From Bacilli bacterium (lineage in GTDB: Bacteria; Bacillota_I; Bacilli_A; RF39; UBA660): a stretch of 64,000 bases of DNA. Both the position numbers and the translations under genes were made by a program. The notes under the pieces are model-generated. The model was not told the origin of the DNA, searched no databases, and was given only the letters and a program-made list of their open reading frames with translations. How positions within the stretch are numbered: the stretch's first letter is position 1; every line of letters begins with the position of its first letter. This document shows, piece after piece, positions 47,059 through 56,446 of the stretch. Location: NCBI GenBank assembly GCA_017522615.1, contig JAFWYR010000006.1, positions 2,866 to 66,865 of the forward strand, given 5' to 3'.

Positions 47059-47135
47059 GGCCTGTTGGTGAAGTGGTTCAACACACCGCCCTCTCAAGGC
47101 GGCATTCACGGGTTCAAATCCCGTACAGGCTACCA
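47059..47135 (+). tRNA. tRNA-Glu (anticodon CUC), CCA encoded
   Basis: GGCCTGTTGGTGAAGTGGTTCAACACACCGCCCTCTCAAGGCGGCATTCACGGGTTCAAATCCCGTACAGGCTACCA. Anticodon stem CCGCC/GGCGG with loop CTCTCAA. Terminator at 47146-47169. Confidence 0.8.
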
Positions 47136-47252
47136 TTAATAAATTAACTAACCGATAAGGTTAGTTTTTAATTATATAAATTTAAGAAAATTTATCAATA
47201 GTCTTGAACTTAATAATAAAATAAGATATAATTGAATTATAGAAAGTAGGGT

Positions 47253-47720
47253 ATGAAAATGAAAATTGTTAAAAATTTATTGAATTATAAGTATTCCAAA
47301 ATAATACTAGGCACATTATTAGTTGTTTTAGTCGCTGTTCCATTATTGTTTACTAATAATAAGCCAAAGAATCAAGGTAAAAAAATTGCTCAGAGTCAAG
47401 ATGCTGAAACATTTGCTCACACCGAAGAAAATATCATAAAAGAAGAAGAATATGAAGGTTTAAAAATAACTAACATAACACTTATTACAGATAAAGGATA
47501 TACAACATTTTCTGCTGATGTAACAAACACTAGAGAAGAACCTACAAATTTTGAAAATGTTAACATTGAACTTCAAGATAAAGATGGAAACACAGTTATT
47601 ACATTATTAGGTAATATTGGAACAGGTTTAAAAAAGGGTGAGACAAGAACAATTACAGCAAGTGCAAAAGGAGAATTCAAAACTGTAACTGCAAAATCAA
47701 TTACACCATATCAAGGCTAA
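47253..47720 (+). CDS. Hypothetical membrane-anchored beta-rich protein
   Basis: 155 aa with an N-terminal TM helix and a beta-sandwich-like C-terminus. Terminator at 47717-47742. Confidence 0.5.
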   Translation: MKMKIVKNLLNYKYSKIILGTLLVVLVAVPLLFTNNKPKNQGKKIAQSQDAETFAHTEENIIKEEEYEGLKITNITLITDKGYTTFSADVTNTREEPTNFENVNIELQDKDGNTVITLLGNIGTGLKKGETRTITASAKGEFKTVTAKSITPYQG

Positions 47721-47773
47721 GAATATAATTCTTAGTTTTTTTATTATATGTTTATAATAAAAAAAGTTTTAAG

Positions 47774-49315
47774 CTAATTAATATCGCTTAAAACTTCTAT
47801 ATTGTCTTGAGTATTTTGTATAACAGCATCATTTGTTACATTTTCAGAAGTAACATTTTGAACTATAGAATCAGTTGATATAGGTATATTGTTATTTGAA
47901 TCAATGTTTTGAATAGTAGAATTATTTGTAAATGATTCATTATTACCTAAGCCTGAAGTTTGAGTATCAGAATTAACTATATTTGCATAGTCTATTAGAT
48001 CAGTGTTGTTATTAATACCTATATTCTCATCTTTAGTAAATTCATTTCTTGATTTGTTCTGATATGAAAGAGCCGCTTTAGTTTCTAATATAGCTTCTTT
48101 AAGACTAGTATCATGGCTAATTTGATCTTCATCCTCAAGTTCAATTAGTTTTAATATCTCTTCAAAACTTGTTTTACCATCAACAACTTTTTGTAAACCA
48201 TCTTGAAGTAGAGTAATAACATCAGAACCACCGTAAACCAAATCTCTAAATTTTTCCTTTTCTGCATCCTCACCAAGAGCATCGCGAATTTCTTGAGTTA
48301 TTTTTAAAACTTCATGGATAGGAATTCTACCTTTATATCCATCATGACAATGTTCACATCCTTCAGCATCCCATATTTCATCAATATCTTTACCTAAGAC
48401 CGTTTTAAATATCTTTTTTTCATAACTAGTTGCTTTTCTTTTTTCTTTACAATGTTCACAAAGTCTTCTCGCTAACTTTTGAGATATAACTCCTTCTAAA
48501 GCAGAAGATAAAAGATATTTTTGAACATCCATATCTATTAATCTCTCAATAGTATTTAGTGAAGTGTTTGTATGTAAAGTAGATAAAACCAAGTGACCAG
48601 TAATTGAAGCTCTAACAGCTATTCTAGCAGTCTCTGTATCACGAATCTCACCAATCATTATAATATTAGGATCTTGTCTTAATATTGATCTTAAAGCTGT
48701 CGCAAAATCTAGACCGATTTTACTATTAGCTTGTACCTGATTAATACCTGCAATATCCATCTCGATAGGGTCTTCAACAGTAATAATATTAGTTGAAGAA
48801 GTGTTTAAATGTTGTAAGATAGAATACACTGTTGTAGATTTTCCTGAACCAGTTGCTCCTGTAACCAAAATAATTCCATTAGGTACTGAAATCATTTCTA
48901 ACACTTTTTTATAATTTTCTTCACTAAAATCAAGTTCACCAAGCCCAGCTAAACTCATTGAATAATCTAAAATACGTATAACTATTTTTTCACCCAAACT
49001 TACAGGAAGAGAAGATACACGCAAATCTAATTCCACTCCTTGTAAAGATGCCTTAATAGCACCATCTTGTGGGAGTCTAGATTCGGTAATGTTCATTCTA
49101 GCAACAGTTTTAACTCTAGTAATTAAATAGTCTCTCATCTCTTGAGGTACCTTAGCATAATCGTGTAAAATACCGTCAATTCTAACTCTTATAAGTAAAT
49201 GATCTACATAAGGATCAAAATGAATATCACTAGCACCTTTTTTAGTCGCATCCACAAGTATTTCATTAACAATATCAACAATAGGAGTCTTTTGAAAATC
49301 AAAAGTTCTCATCAT
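47774..49315 (-). CDS. Type IV pilus/competence assembly ATPase (PilB/GspE/ComGA family) with low-complexity C-terminal tail
   Basis: Start set at 49315 (GGGG RBS, 9-nt spacing). The track ORF extends spuriously to 49468. Walker A GATGSGKST. Tetracysteine CEHC...CEHC motif. 116-aa N/S/T/Q-rich tail. Confidence 0.85.
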   Translation of the reverse strand: MMRTFDFQKTPIVDIVNEILVDATKKGASDIHFDPYVDHLLIRVRIDGILHDYAKVPQEMRDYLITRVKTVARMNITESRLPQDGAIKASLQGVELDLRVSSLPVSLGEKIVIRILDYSMSLAGLGELDFSEENYKKVLEMISVPNGIILVTGATGSGKSTTVYSILQHLNTSSTNIITVEDPIEMDIAGINQVQANSKIGLDFATALRSILRQDPNIIMIGEIRDTETARIAVRASITGHLVLSTLHTNTSLNTIERLIDMDVQKYLLSSALEGVISQKLARRLCEHCKEKRKATSYEKKIFKTVLGKDIDEIWDAEGCEHCHDGYKGRIPIHEVLKITQEIRDALGEDAEKEKFRDLVYGGSDVITLLQDGLQKVVDGKTSFEEILKLIELEDEDQISHDTSLKEAILETKAALSYQNKSRNEFTKDENIGINNNTDLIDYANIVNSDTQTSGLGNNESFTNNSTIQNIDSNNNIPISTDSIVQNVTSENVTNDAVIQNTQDNIEVLSDIN

Positions 49316-49410
49316 ATTTATCATCCCCTTTTTAAAATTAGGACTAGATTTTATCCTAAATATATTATATAATAGATTTGAGATAAAAACAATCGGAAAA
49401 GGTGAAAAAA

Positions 49411-50688
49411 ATGTCAAGAATGAATAATAAGGGTTTTTTATTAGCAGAATCGCTAATAGTTTCAACATTCGTTTTAACAGTATTAATATTTTTATTTGTA
49501 CAATTTAAAAATTTAATGGTCAATCATAAGAGAAGCTACACCTATAATAGTGTAGAAAATATCTATGATTTAGGATCACTTGCAGATTACTTTAAAAATA
49601 ACGAAAGGTCAAACAACGCTTTAAGGACAACATTAAGTACCATCGGAAATAACAATAATCTAGAGATATATAATCAAAGCTCAGGATGTTTAGAGTCTGT
49701 TTTAAATCCAGGCACTGTTGGAACTTGCACAACGTTAGCTAGGACAATGGACTTAGATTATGTATTATATACAGACTCAGATATCGACAACATTAATCTA
49801 GAACAAATTAAATATCAAGATATGCGTGACTTTATCGATAAAATCGATGCGACAAAAGTACAAGATAAAGGAAGACTGTTTGCTAAATTTAAAAATGGAA
49901 ATTTTGCAACTATAGCCATGGAGCAAAAAACAGAAATCACAATTCCTACGAGAACTGTGACTTATGCCTTAGGCGACGGTAATAATATAAATTGGTGGAG
50001 CAAATTATTTCCAAATACATTTACAAGCATTGATTATAATTCAACTAACAAAATGAATACTATTACGATGACGACAACAGCAAACGGATGGGAACAATTA
50101 TATATGCCAATGCAAACAATAGCAGGTCAGTCATATACCATTCAATTTGATTATAAATTAGATACAGAACTAACTGGATTAAATGCTGAACACACATCAC
50201 TTGCTTATCAGATACTTGCCGAAAATACTAATGAAACAGCAATCGGCACAGAACTTTCAAACTCAAATCACAAATCAGAAGATATTCATATATCAACTGG
50301 AACTCTTCCAACAAATAACGGAGCTTCAGGTACGATAACATTAAACTTTACAGCTAAAGCTAATACGTCATTATCATATTTAGTATTTAACTTTGGATTT
50401 TTAGCAGATAATAAGACGTATAAAGTAGAATTAGGTAATATGAGAGTAGTAGAAAATGTAACAGGAAGAACTGTTTATGGCCCAATGTTATCACCTAAAT
50501 TTGGGCAACCAGATGGTACTCACGCGCCGTCACCACAACCAATTGTGCCAGCCCATAACTTCCGAGGATGGTTTGATGAAACACATTTAGATCAAAGTGG
50601 AAATCAAATCGAAGTAAAAGAAACAACATCTATAAGTCCATCATTATTTACTGATAATAAAGAGACAGTTACTGCACATTTTGATTAA
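49411..50688 (+). CDS. Large pseudopilin with lectin/CBM-like domain (candidate pilus tip adhesin)
   Basis: MSRMNNKG|FLLAESLIVSTFVLTVLIF (Glu+5). Jelly-roll/CBM-like region (ANGWEQLYMPMQTIAGQSYTIQFDYKL...). C-terminal NFRGWFDE... resembles a Listeria-Bacteroides repeat. Confidence 0.65.
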   Translation: MSRMNNKGFLLAESLIVSTFVLTVLIFLFVQFKNLMVNHKRSYTYNSVENIYDLGSLADYFKNNERSNNALRTTLSTIGNNNNLEIYNQSSGCLESVLNPGTVGTCTTLARTMDLDYVLYTDSDIDNINLEQIKYQDMRDFIDKIDATKVQDKGRLFAKFKNGNFATIAMEQKTEITIPTRTVTYALGDGNNINWWSKLFPNTFTSIDYNSTNKMNTITMTTTANGWEQLYMPMQTIAGQSYTIQFDYKLDTELTGLNAEHTSLAYQILAENTNETAIGTELSNSNHKSEDIHISTGTLPTNNGASGTITLNFTAKANTSLSYLVFNFGFLADNKTYKVELGNMRVVENVTGRTVYGPMLSPKFGQPDGTHAPSPQPIVPAHNFRGWFDETHLDQSGNQIEVKETTSISPSLFTDNKETVTAHFD

Positions 50689-50704
50689 TAGAAAGGGGAA
50701 AATT

Positions 50705-51154
50705 ATGAAAAATAAAAAAGGTTTTACGGTAGTAGAGTTAATAGCTTCATTTGCTTTAACGATGATCATCAGTGTTTTCCTCTTTGAAGTACTACTAGAT
50801 GTAAAAGACATATTTATCGAAACATCGATTAAGACGAGCATTCAAGAAAAGGTTAGTATAATATCAAAAAATATTAAATTAAACCTTCCACACGCTCAGA
50901 TAAATTGTTCTGGCAATTCTTGCACTGCAGGTTCAAACATTATAACAGTGAATTCTAATAATGTTAGAATTGGTTCTCAGACAATAAAAACTCCTTCTTT
51001 TGGAGGGACAAATGTAACAATAAATGATATAGTATTAAACGCCCCAGCTTGTTCTGGTAATAACTGTACATTAAAAGTACATTTTAATCTCACTCATCCA
51101 AATTTAAAGGAACCATATAATTACACGGTAGTTTATTACTATTCTATAGGTTAA
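50705..51154 (+). CDS. Minor pilin / pseudopilin
   Basis: MKNKKG|FTVVELIASFALTMIISVF. Start at 50705 (RBS aaagggg). Confidence 0.75.
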   Translation: MKNKKGFTVVELIASFALTMIISVFLFEVLLDVKDIFIETSIKTSIQEKVSIISKNIKLNLPHAQINCSGNSCTAGSNIITVNSNNVRIGSQTIKTPSFGGTNVTINDIVLNAPACSGNNCTLKVHFNLTHPNLKEPYNYTVVYYYSIG

Positions 51155-52112
51155 TCCAATAATTAAAAGATATAAAAAGTAAAAAAGAAGAGATTAAAGA
51201 AGCCAATAATCGCATACATAAAAATGGTAAATATTTAATATCGGTATCATTTAAAATACTCATAATCTGCATATGTACACTTAGCCCTCCAAACGATATA
51301 ATCATGACAGTCAAAGTAGATTTTAATCTTAAAGGAATATCTTCCATGCCGATATACTTAAGACCTTGTGTCATTTCGATAAATCCATTTAACGCACTTC
51401 TGTAAACATCGTTAATAGAAAAGATATTATTTATAATAGTAGTCAAAACTAAACAAACTGTAATCACCCCGAGAATTAGCAAAAGAGTATTGATACTTTG
51501 AATTAAGGAATTAGTTATAATCACGCCAAAGCTGTCTTTATTACTAATTCTTTTTCTGTGCATCTCATTTATAGCTTTCTTAAAACTAGCTTTATCTTCT
51601 AGATTACTAGGATGATAATTTCTAAGCAATAAACCAACTATAAAATTACCTACATAATGACATATTAAAACAAGTAGGGCAGCCTCGTAATTATTTAAAA
51701 AAACACTTACAGTTCCTAAAATAAAAAGCGGACTTGCAAAAGAAGAAAACGACAAAACCTTAATAGCCTCAAATCTATCGATATCACCATTTAAATATAA
51801 TTCCCTTGTATATTTGGCATTTGCTGGATTTCCTGATATAATACTCATGAAAAAAATAAACGCACATCTACTATTAATTTTAAAAAATTTATTCATAAAC
51901 CCTTTAAAAATATTACTCATAAATTCGACAAGTCCATAATTGACGAGTAAATTCGATAATACAAAAAATGGAAATAAAGAAGGAAATACGTTATTTTTAA
52001 AAATATTTAATGAAAATGAGACTGAGTTTAATATACTTTCGGACTCAGTTAATATTTCATATCCTGTAAACAAAAGAAAAATCATAATTAATATACTTTC
52101 AATTTTTTTCAT
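51144..52112 (-). CDS. ylbJ: YlbJ-like sporulation integral membrane protein (nucleoside-recognition domain family)
   Basis: 322-aa polytopic membrane protein. Adjacent and divergent to a ylbL-like gene, as in Bacillus. Confidence 0.6.
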   Translation of the reverse strand: MKKIESILIMIFLLFTGYEILTESESILNSVSFSLNIFKNNVFPSLFPFFVLSNLLVNYGLVEFMSNIFKGFMNKFFKINSRCAFIFFMSIISGNPANAKYTRELYLNGDIDRFEAIKVLSFSSFASPLFILGTVSVFLNNYEAALLVLICHYVGNFIVGLLLRNYHPSNLEDKASFKKAINEMHRKRISNKDSFGVIITNSLIQSINTLLLILGVITVCLVLTTIINNIFSINDVYRSALNGFIEMTQGLKYIGMEDIPLRLKSTLTVMIISFGGLSVHMQIMSILNDTDIKYLPFLCMRLLASLISSFLLFISFNYWINL

Positions 52113-52148
52113 AAAATAATATCCTCAGAATAATTTTAGATAGAAAGG

Positions 52149-53162
52149 ATGAGCAATATGCATAAAATAATTCAAAAAACAAAAAATTTTATTAAAGACT
52201 ATTATAAAACATTAATTATATATATTGTTATATTTTGTATATTTACCATAAATTTACCATTTTACATCAGTGCACCTGGCGGATTAATTGATACCAAAAG
52301 TAGAATAAAAACCGAAGACAGTTTTAAACTAAAAGGATCTCTTAACATGACATATGTATCGGAAATTCATGCGACACTGCCAACTTACATTTGGTCATTT
52401 ATAGCTAAAGACTGGGATTTAGAAAAAGAAGAAGACACAGTAATAGGAAATGAATCGGTAGAAGATATGTATAATAGAAATAAATTATTATTAAAAGAAT
52501 CGAACACAATTGCCGAGTTAGTAGCCTATAAATATTCGAACATAGACTATGAAATATCAAATGAAAAACTATACGTTACATACATAGATGAAAATGCTAA
52601 GACAAATTTAAAAAATAACGATCAAATAATAGAGATAGATGGAAATAAAATACCAGATAAAAATTATATATTTTCATATGTTGCTTCTAAAAATATTGGT
52701 GATAAAATAACATTAAAAGTAATTAGAAATAAGAAAAAGATAGAAAGAGAAGCTACATTAATCGATATAGAAGGAGAGCCAAAAGTTGGTATTATGATAA
52801 CTGAAAATTTTGATATTAAATCTAATAAAAAAGTTGATTTCACCTTTGACTCTTCAGAATCAGGCCCTTCTGGAGGACTTATGTCGACACTAACTATATA
52901 TAGTTATTTAAATAAAATAGACCTAACAGATGGAAGAAAAATAGCTGGAACAGGTACCATAGATATAAACGGAAACGTCGGTCAGATAAGTGGAGTAAAA
53001 TACAAATTAATAGGAGCTGTTAATAACAAAGCAGATGTGTTCATCGTTCCAAAAGGTGATAATTATAATGAAGCAAAAAAAGTTAAAAAAGAAAGAGGTT
53101 TTAAGATAGATATAGTACCAGTAGAAACATTTGAACAAGCTTTAAATTACCTATCGAAGTAA
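52149..53162 (+). CDS. ylbL: YlbL/SepM-type PDZ + Lon-like S16 serine protease
   Basis: N-terminal TM helix, PDZ region, Lon catalytic motifs SGPSGGL and GTIDINGNVGQISGVKYKL. Alternative start at 52158. Confidence 0.8.
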   Translation: MSNMHKIIQKTKNFIKDYYKTLIIYIVIFCIFTINLPFYISAPGGLIDTKSRIKTEDSFKLKGSLNMTYVSEIHATLPTYIWSFIAKDWDLEKEEDTVIGNESVEDMYNRNKLLLKESNTIAELVAYKYSNIDYEISNEKLYVTYIDENAKTNLKNNDQIIEIDGNKIPDKNYIFSYVASKNIGDKITLKVIRNKKKIEREATLIDIEGEPKVGIMITENFDIKSNKKVDFTFDSSESGPSGGLMSTLTIYSYLNKIDLTDGRKIAGTGTIDINGNVGQISGVKYKLIGAVNNKADVFIVPKGDNYNEAKKVKKERGFKIDIVPVETFEQALNYLSK

Positions 53163-53164
53163 AA

Positions 53165-53683
53165 ATGAAAAAAGAATATAACAAAGAACTATTAAAAGAA
53201 GCTTTAAAAGATGTAGTTCATTACGGTAAAGGATTTATCGTAACTAAATACTACTTAATTGACACGTATTTAAAAGAAATAATTCCATATAGTGATATAT
53301 TATTAGTAAACGAGCCAAATGATGGATCGATGTTTTTTAAAAGAATAAAAAAGAGAAAACTGACAACTATTCACACTTTAGAAAACAAGTATACATATGA
53401 AACGGAAGATTATGACTTACTAGATTATATCAGAATGAAAAATAAAAAAGTGTTAATAGAAAATGATTTTATAAATAAAAAGAAATTAAGGAAAATTAGA
53501 ACAGATAATAATTCAAAATACCTAAAAGTAATTAAATATAAAAAGATAAAATCATTAATCATAACATTTTTGATTATAATGATATCAGTAATTCTAGCCA
53601 TTATAAGGAACTTCTTACCACTAGGACTTATATTAGTGCCAGTAGCCATAATATCTGAAATATTTTATTTAATATACTTATAA
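53165..53683 (+). CDS. Hypothetical protein with C-terminal TM helices
   Basis: 172 aa, K-rich, with two C-terminal hydrophobic helices. Confidence 0.4.
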   Translation: MKKEYNKELLKEALKDVVHYGKGFIVTKYYLIDTYLKEIIPYSDILLVNEPNDGSMFFKRIKKRKLTTIHTLENKYTYETEDYDLLDYIRMKNKKVLIENDFINKKKLRKIRTDNNSKYLKVIKYKKIKSLIITFLIIMISVILAIIRNFLPLGLILVPVAIISEIFYLIYL

Positions 53684-53695
53684 ACGGAGGAAAGA

Positions 53696-54067
53696 ATGAA
53701 CAAAACAGAATTAATGGATTTAATAAATGACTTAAAAATAAATAAAAATGAATTTTGGATACTATCTAGCGGTGCTTTAGTTATCAGAGGAATATTAGAA
53801 AAAGCAAATGACCTAGATATAGCTGTTACAGAAAATGGATTAAAAGAATTAAAAGAAAACTATAATATAAAATCTATTGGTAATAATAAGTATATAATAA
53901 CTGATAACATAGAATGCGTTTTAGAAACAAAAAAGCCATGGAAAATAGAAAAATATGAAAACTTTTACATACAAAGCATCGAAGGATATTATGAATTTAT
54001 AAAAAATAGTTCAAGAGAAAAAGACAAACAAAGAATCCCATTAATTGAGAAATATATTAAAAGATAA
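53696..54067 (+). CDS. Small Pol-beta-superfamily nucleotidyltransferase-like protein
   Basis: LSSGALVIRGILEKANDLDIAV fits G[SG]-x(9-13)-DxD. Confidence 0.4.
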   Translation: MNKTELMDLINDLKINKNEFWILSSGALVIRGILEKANDLDIAVTENGLKELKENYNIKSIGNNKYIITDNIECVLETKKPWKIEKYENFYIQSIEGYYEFIKNSSREKDKQRIPLIEKYIKR

Positions 54068-54085
54068 CATGTTCTTTTTAACGAT

Positions 54086-54242
54086 TTGACAAAAACAAAG
54101 ATTTTTGATATAATGTATTCGTCCGAAGGGGAGTAGTTCTGAAAAAACTTAATTCGTCATTTCGAAATATTTCCGGATTAAGTAATAATAAAATATTGAA
54201 CGAGACTTTTGTACATTTAAGTGTATAATGTCTCGTTTTTTC
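54086..54242 (+). ncRNA. Candidate small RNA or cis-regulatory leader, class unknown
   Basis: TTGACA 54086-54091, 17 nt, TATAAT 54109-54114. ~120-nt noncoding transcript with stem cttaat/attaag (54147-54152 / 54176-54181) around palindrome atttcgaaat. Terminator aacgagac/gtctcgtt plus T-run (54199-54242). Next ORF starts 84 nt later. Confidence 0.5.
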
Positions 54243-54325
54243 TTATATACATTTAAATTAATTTGTCATAGTTAAAGGATACAAATTAGACAAACAAAAG
54301 AAAAAACATTTTAGGAGGAGGTTAA

Positions 54326-54739
54326 ATGTATAATTTATTATTAAAATTATTTGGGAAAAAGAAAACAAAACAAAGAAATAAAGTTGTAGAAAGTAGTCAC
54401 AAAAAGGATAATTGGACGAATGAACCAGAAGAACCATGGCAAAGTTATGATGAAGAAATGGAAGATCCATGGAAAAGTTTAGAAAACTCATCAGAAGAAA
54501 CTGTTGCTTGGCCAAGTGAATCCGATGATTACATATGCATGCTAGAAGACTTAAGGAAAGAAGAACCACAAAGAGAATGTAGATTAATGGCTCCAAGAAA
54601 AAAAGAAGAGCCACATATTGTTTGTATGTTAACTTCTGGTAGAATGTTCAAAGACTTAGAAGGAAAACAAGAGATGACATCAGAAGAATATGATGAAATG
54701 ATGAAAGGTCAAACCTATTCATTAAGAAGAAATAAATAA
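54326..54739 (+). CDS. Hypothetical acidic protein
   Basis: 137 aa, strong RBS aggaggagg. Repeated EEPW / EDPW / EEP motifs. Confidence 0.45.
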   Translation: MYNLLLKLFGKKKTKQRNKVVESSHKKDNWTNEPEEPWQSYDEEMEDPWKSLENSSEETVAWPSESDDYICMLEDLRKEEPQRECRLMAPRKKEEPHIVCMLTSGRMFKDLEGKQEMTSEEYDEMMKGQTYSLRRNK

Positions 54740-54763
54740 ATATTAAAATAAGGGGGAATCAAA

Positions 54764-55417
54764 ATGAAAAAAGAATTTGCTAAAAAAGATAACACTATTG
54801 TTTGTAATATTGAAGAAGCTGTAAAGTATTTAGAAGAATGCCGAAATAAAGGATTAAATATCTACATTGAATTTCAAAGCACTGGAAAAAAATATAGACT
54901 ATATTCATGTGATACGACAATATTAACTGCTTATTTAGAAATAGTTGGAATATCTAGAGAAGAACATAAAATGAATTTAGAAAGAGTATTATCTGCAAAA
55001 AGTATAGAAGAGCAAGATAAAATAGCTGTGTCTGTAATAGAACGACAAAGAAGAAACAAAAATATTCCTTATGAAGAATTATATGAAGCATATATTAATT
55101 CATATAAACAAACGGCAACAAAAGTTGATGGTTCAAAGTTCCACACAATTAAAGAAGCAGTAGAATACTTGGAAGAATGTAGAAATAATGGAATTAATGT
55201 ATACCTAGACTTTAATAGTGTAAAAGGTATTCAAAGATTCTATTCATGTGATATAACTATTGAAAAAGCTTATCAGCAGATATTCGGTATGTCAAAAAGT
55301 GAAGTAGAATATATAAGACAATTAGTCTTAGAAACAGACTCAGAAGAAGAAATCGAAAATATAATAAGAAAGCACTCAGAAAAAAATAAAACTTTAAACT
55401 TAAAAATCAAAAAATAA
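54764..55417 (+). CDS. Hypothetical protein built from two tandem ~65-aa repeats
   Basis: IEEAVKYLEECRNKGLNIYIEFQS..RLYSCDTTILTAYLEIVGIS compared with IKEAVEYLEECRNNGINVYLDFNS..RFYSCDITIEKAYQQIFGMS. Confidence 0.5.
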   Translation: MKKEFAKKDNTIVCNIEEAVKYLEECRNKGLNIYIEFQSTGKKYRLYSCDTTILTAYLEIVGISREEHKMNLERVLSAKSIEEQDKIAVSVIERQRRNKNIPYEELYEAYINSYKQTATKVDGSKFHTIKEAVEYLEECRNNGINVYLDFNSVKGIQRFYSCDITIEKAYQQIFGMSKSEVEYIRQLVLETDSEEEIENIIRKHSEKNKTLNLKIKK

Positions 55418-55574
55418 CAATATTGATTATCAAATATTTAAAAAGCTAAAACTATTTAACGAAAACACCTAAAACTCTTGACTAATAGTATAAAAAAGTG
55501 CTAATATACTGTTAGACACGGAGAGGTGTTTTTATTTTGAAGAAAAATCATATGATTAAAAGTAGGTGTGAAAA

Positions 55575-55784
55575 GTGAAAAAAGACAAGAAAAAAGACAA
55601 AAAGAAAAAAGAAGGTTTTCTAAAAAGCGTTAGAAAAGAGATGAAAGAAGTAAGATGGCCAAATAAAAAAGAAATGGTCAAATATTCATTTGCTGTCTTA
55701 GCTTGTATAATAGTTCTATCAGTATTCTTTACAGCATCTGATCTAATAATAGCTGGTGTAAGAACGATATTGGAGGGACTATAA
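55575..55784 (+). CDS. secE: Preprotein translocase subunit SecE (GTG start)
   Basis: 69 aa. K-rich N-terminus, VRKEMKEVRWPNKKE, one TM helix. Directly upstream of nusG. Confidence 0.9.
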   Translation: MKKDKKKDKKKKEGFLKSVRKEMKEVRWPNKKEMVKYSFAVLACIIVLSVFFTASDLIIAGVRTILEGL

Positions 55785-55785
55785 C

Positions 55786-56310
55786 ATGGAAAAAGAATGG
55801 TATGTTGTAAACACATATTCGGGGCATGAAAACAAAGTAAAAGAAAAATTAGAGATGCGTGCTAGTTCTATGGGTATGGAAGACTATATCTTAAGAGTAG
55901 TAGTCCCAGAATCAAAAGAAATAGATGCTAAAGGAAAAGAAAAAATCACAAAACTTTTCCCAGGATATATATTAGTTGAAATGGTCATGACAGATGAAGC
56001 ATGGTTTATCGTTAGAAACACACCAGGAGTAACCGGATTCATCGGATCGTCTGGTAAAGGTGCTAAACCATTCCCATTAACTCCTATGGAAGTAGACAAA
56101 ATATTAGGTTCTATGGGTATGAGTAGACTAGATGCCGAAGCTGACCTAAAAGTTGGTGAAAAGGTAAAAGTAATTTCAGGACCATTTGAAGGAATGTTCG
56201 GAGAAATTAAAACAGTTGATATTGAAAAAGCAACTTTGGAAGTTGCCATCGACTTATTCGGACAAGAAACTACTGTCGAACTTGAATTTTCAGAGATTTC
56301 TAAGCAGTAG
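55786..56310 (+). CDS. nusG: Transcription termination/antitermination factor NusG
   Basis: KEWYVVNTYSGHENKV and the KOW motif GEKVKVISGPFEGMFGEI. Confidence 0.97.
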   Translation: MEKEWYVVNTYSGHENKVKEKLEMRASSMGMEDYILRVVVPESKEIDAKGKEKITKLFPGYILVEMVMTDEAWFIVRNTPGVTGFIGSSGKGAKPFPLTPMEVDKILGSMGMSRLDAEADLKVGEKVKVISGPFEGMFGEIKTVDIEKATLEVAIDLFGQETTVELEFSEISKQ

Positions 56311-56446
56311 AATATTTACAAACCATATTTTTTGTGGTAATATTAAATAGCTATATTTTTGTTAATATAGATTTAGTGGGAGATTTGAATGTTAAAAAGC
56401 GGATCATTTGAACCACCCATGAAAAAAACTTAAGGAGGTGTTTTTC

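Noticed and set aside
49316-49468. N-terminal 51-aa extension of the PilB-like ORF, which would overlap the divergent pseudopilin gene.
   Set aside because: The extension is hydrophobic nonsense with no RBS. A GGGG RBS with 9-nt spacing precedes the ATG at 49315, and the conserved ATPase sequence begins there.
55538-55579. 13-codon TTG-initiated mini-ORF (MKKNHMIKSRCEK) between the secE promoter hairpin and secE, considered as a leader peptide or rpmG remnant.
   Set aside because: It has no similarity to L33, is very short and has a non-ATG start. It cannot be told apart from chance.
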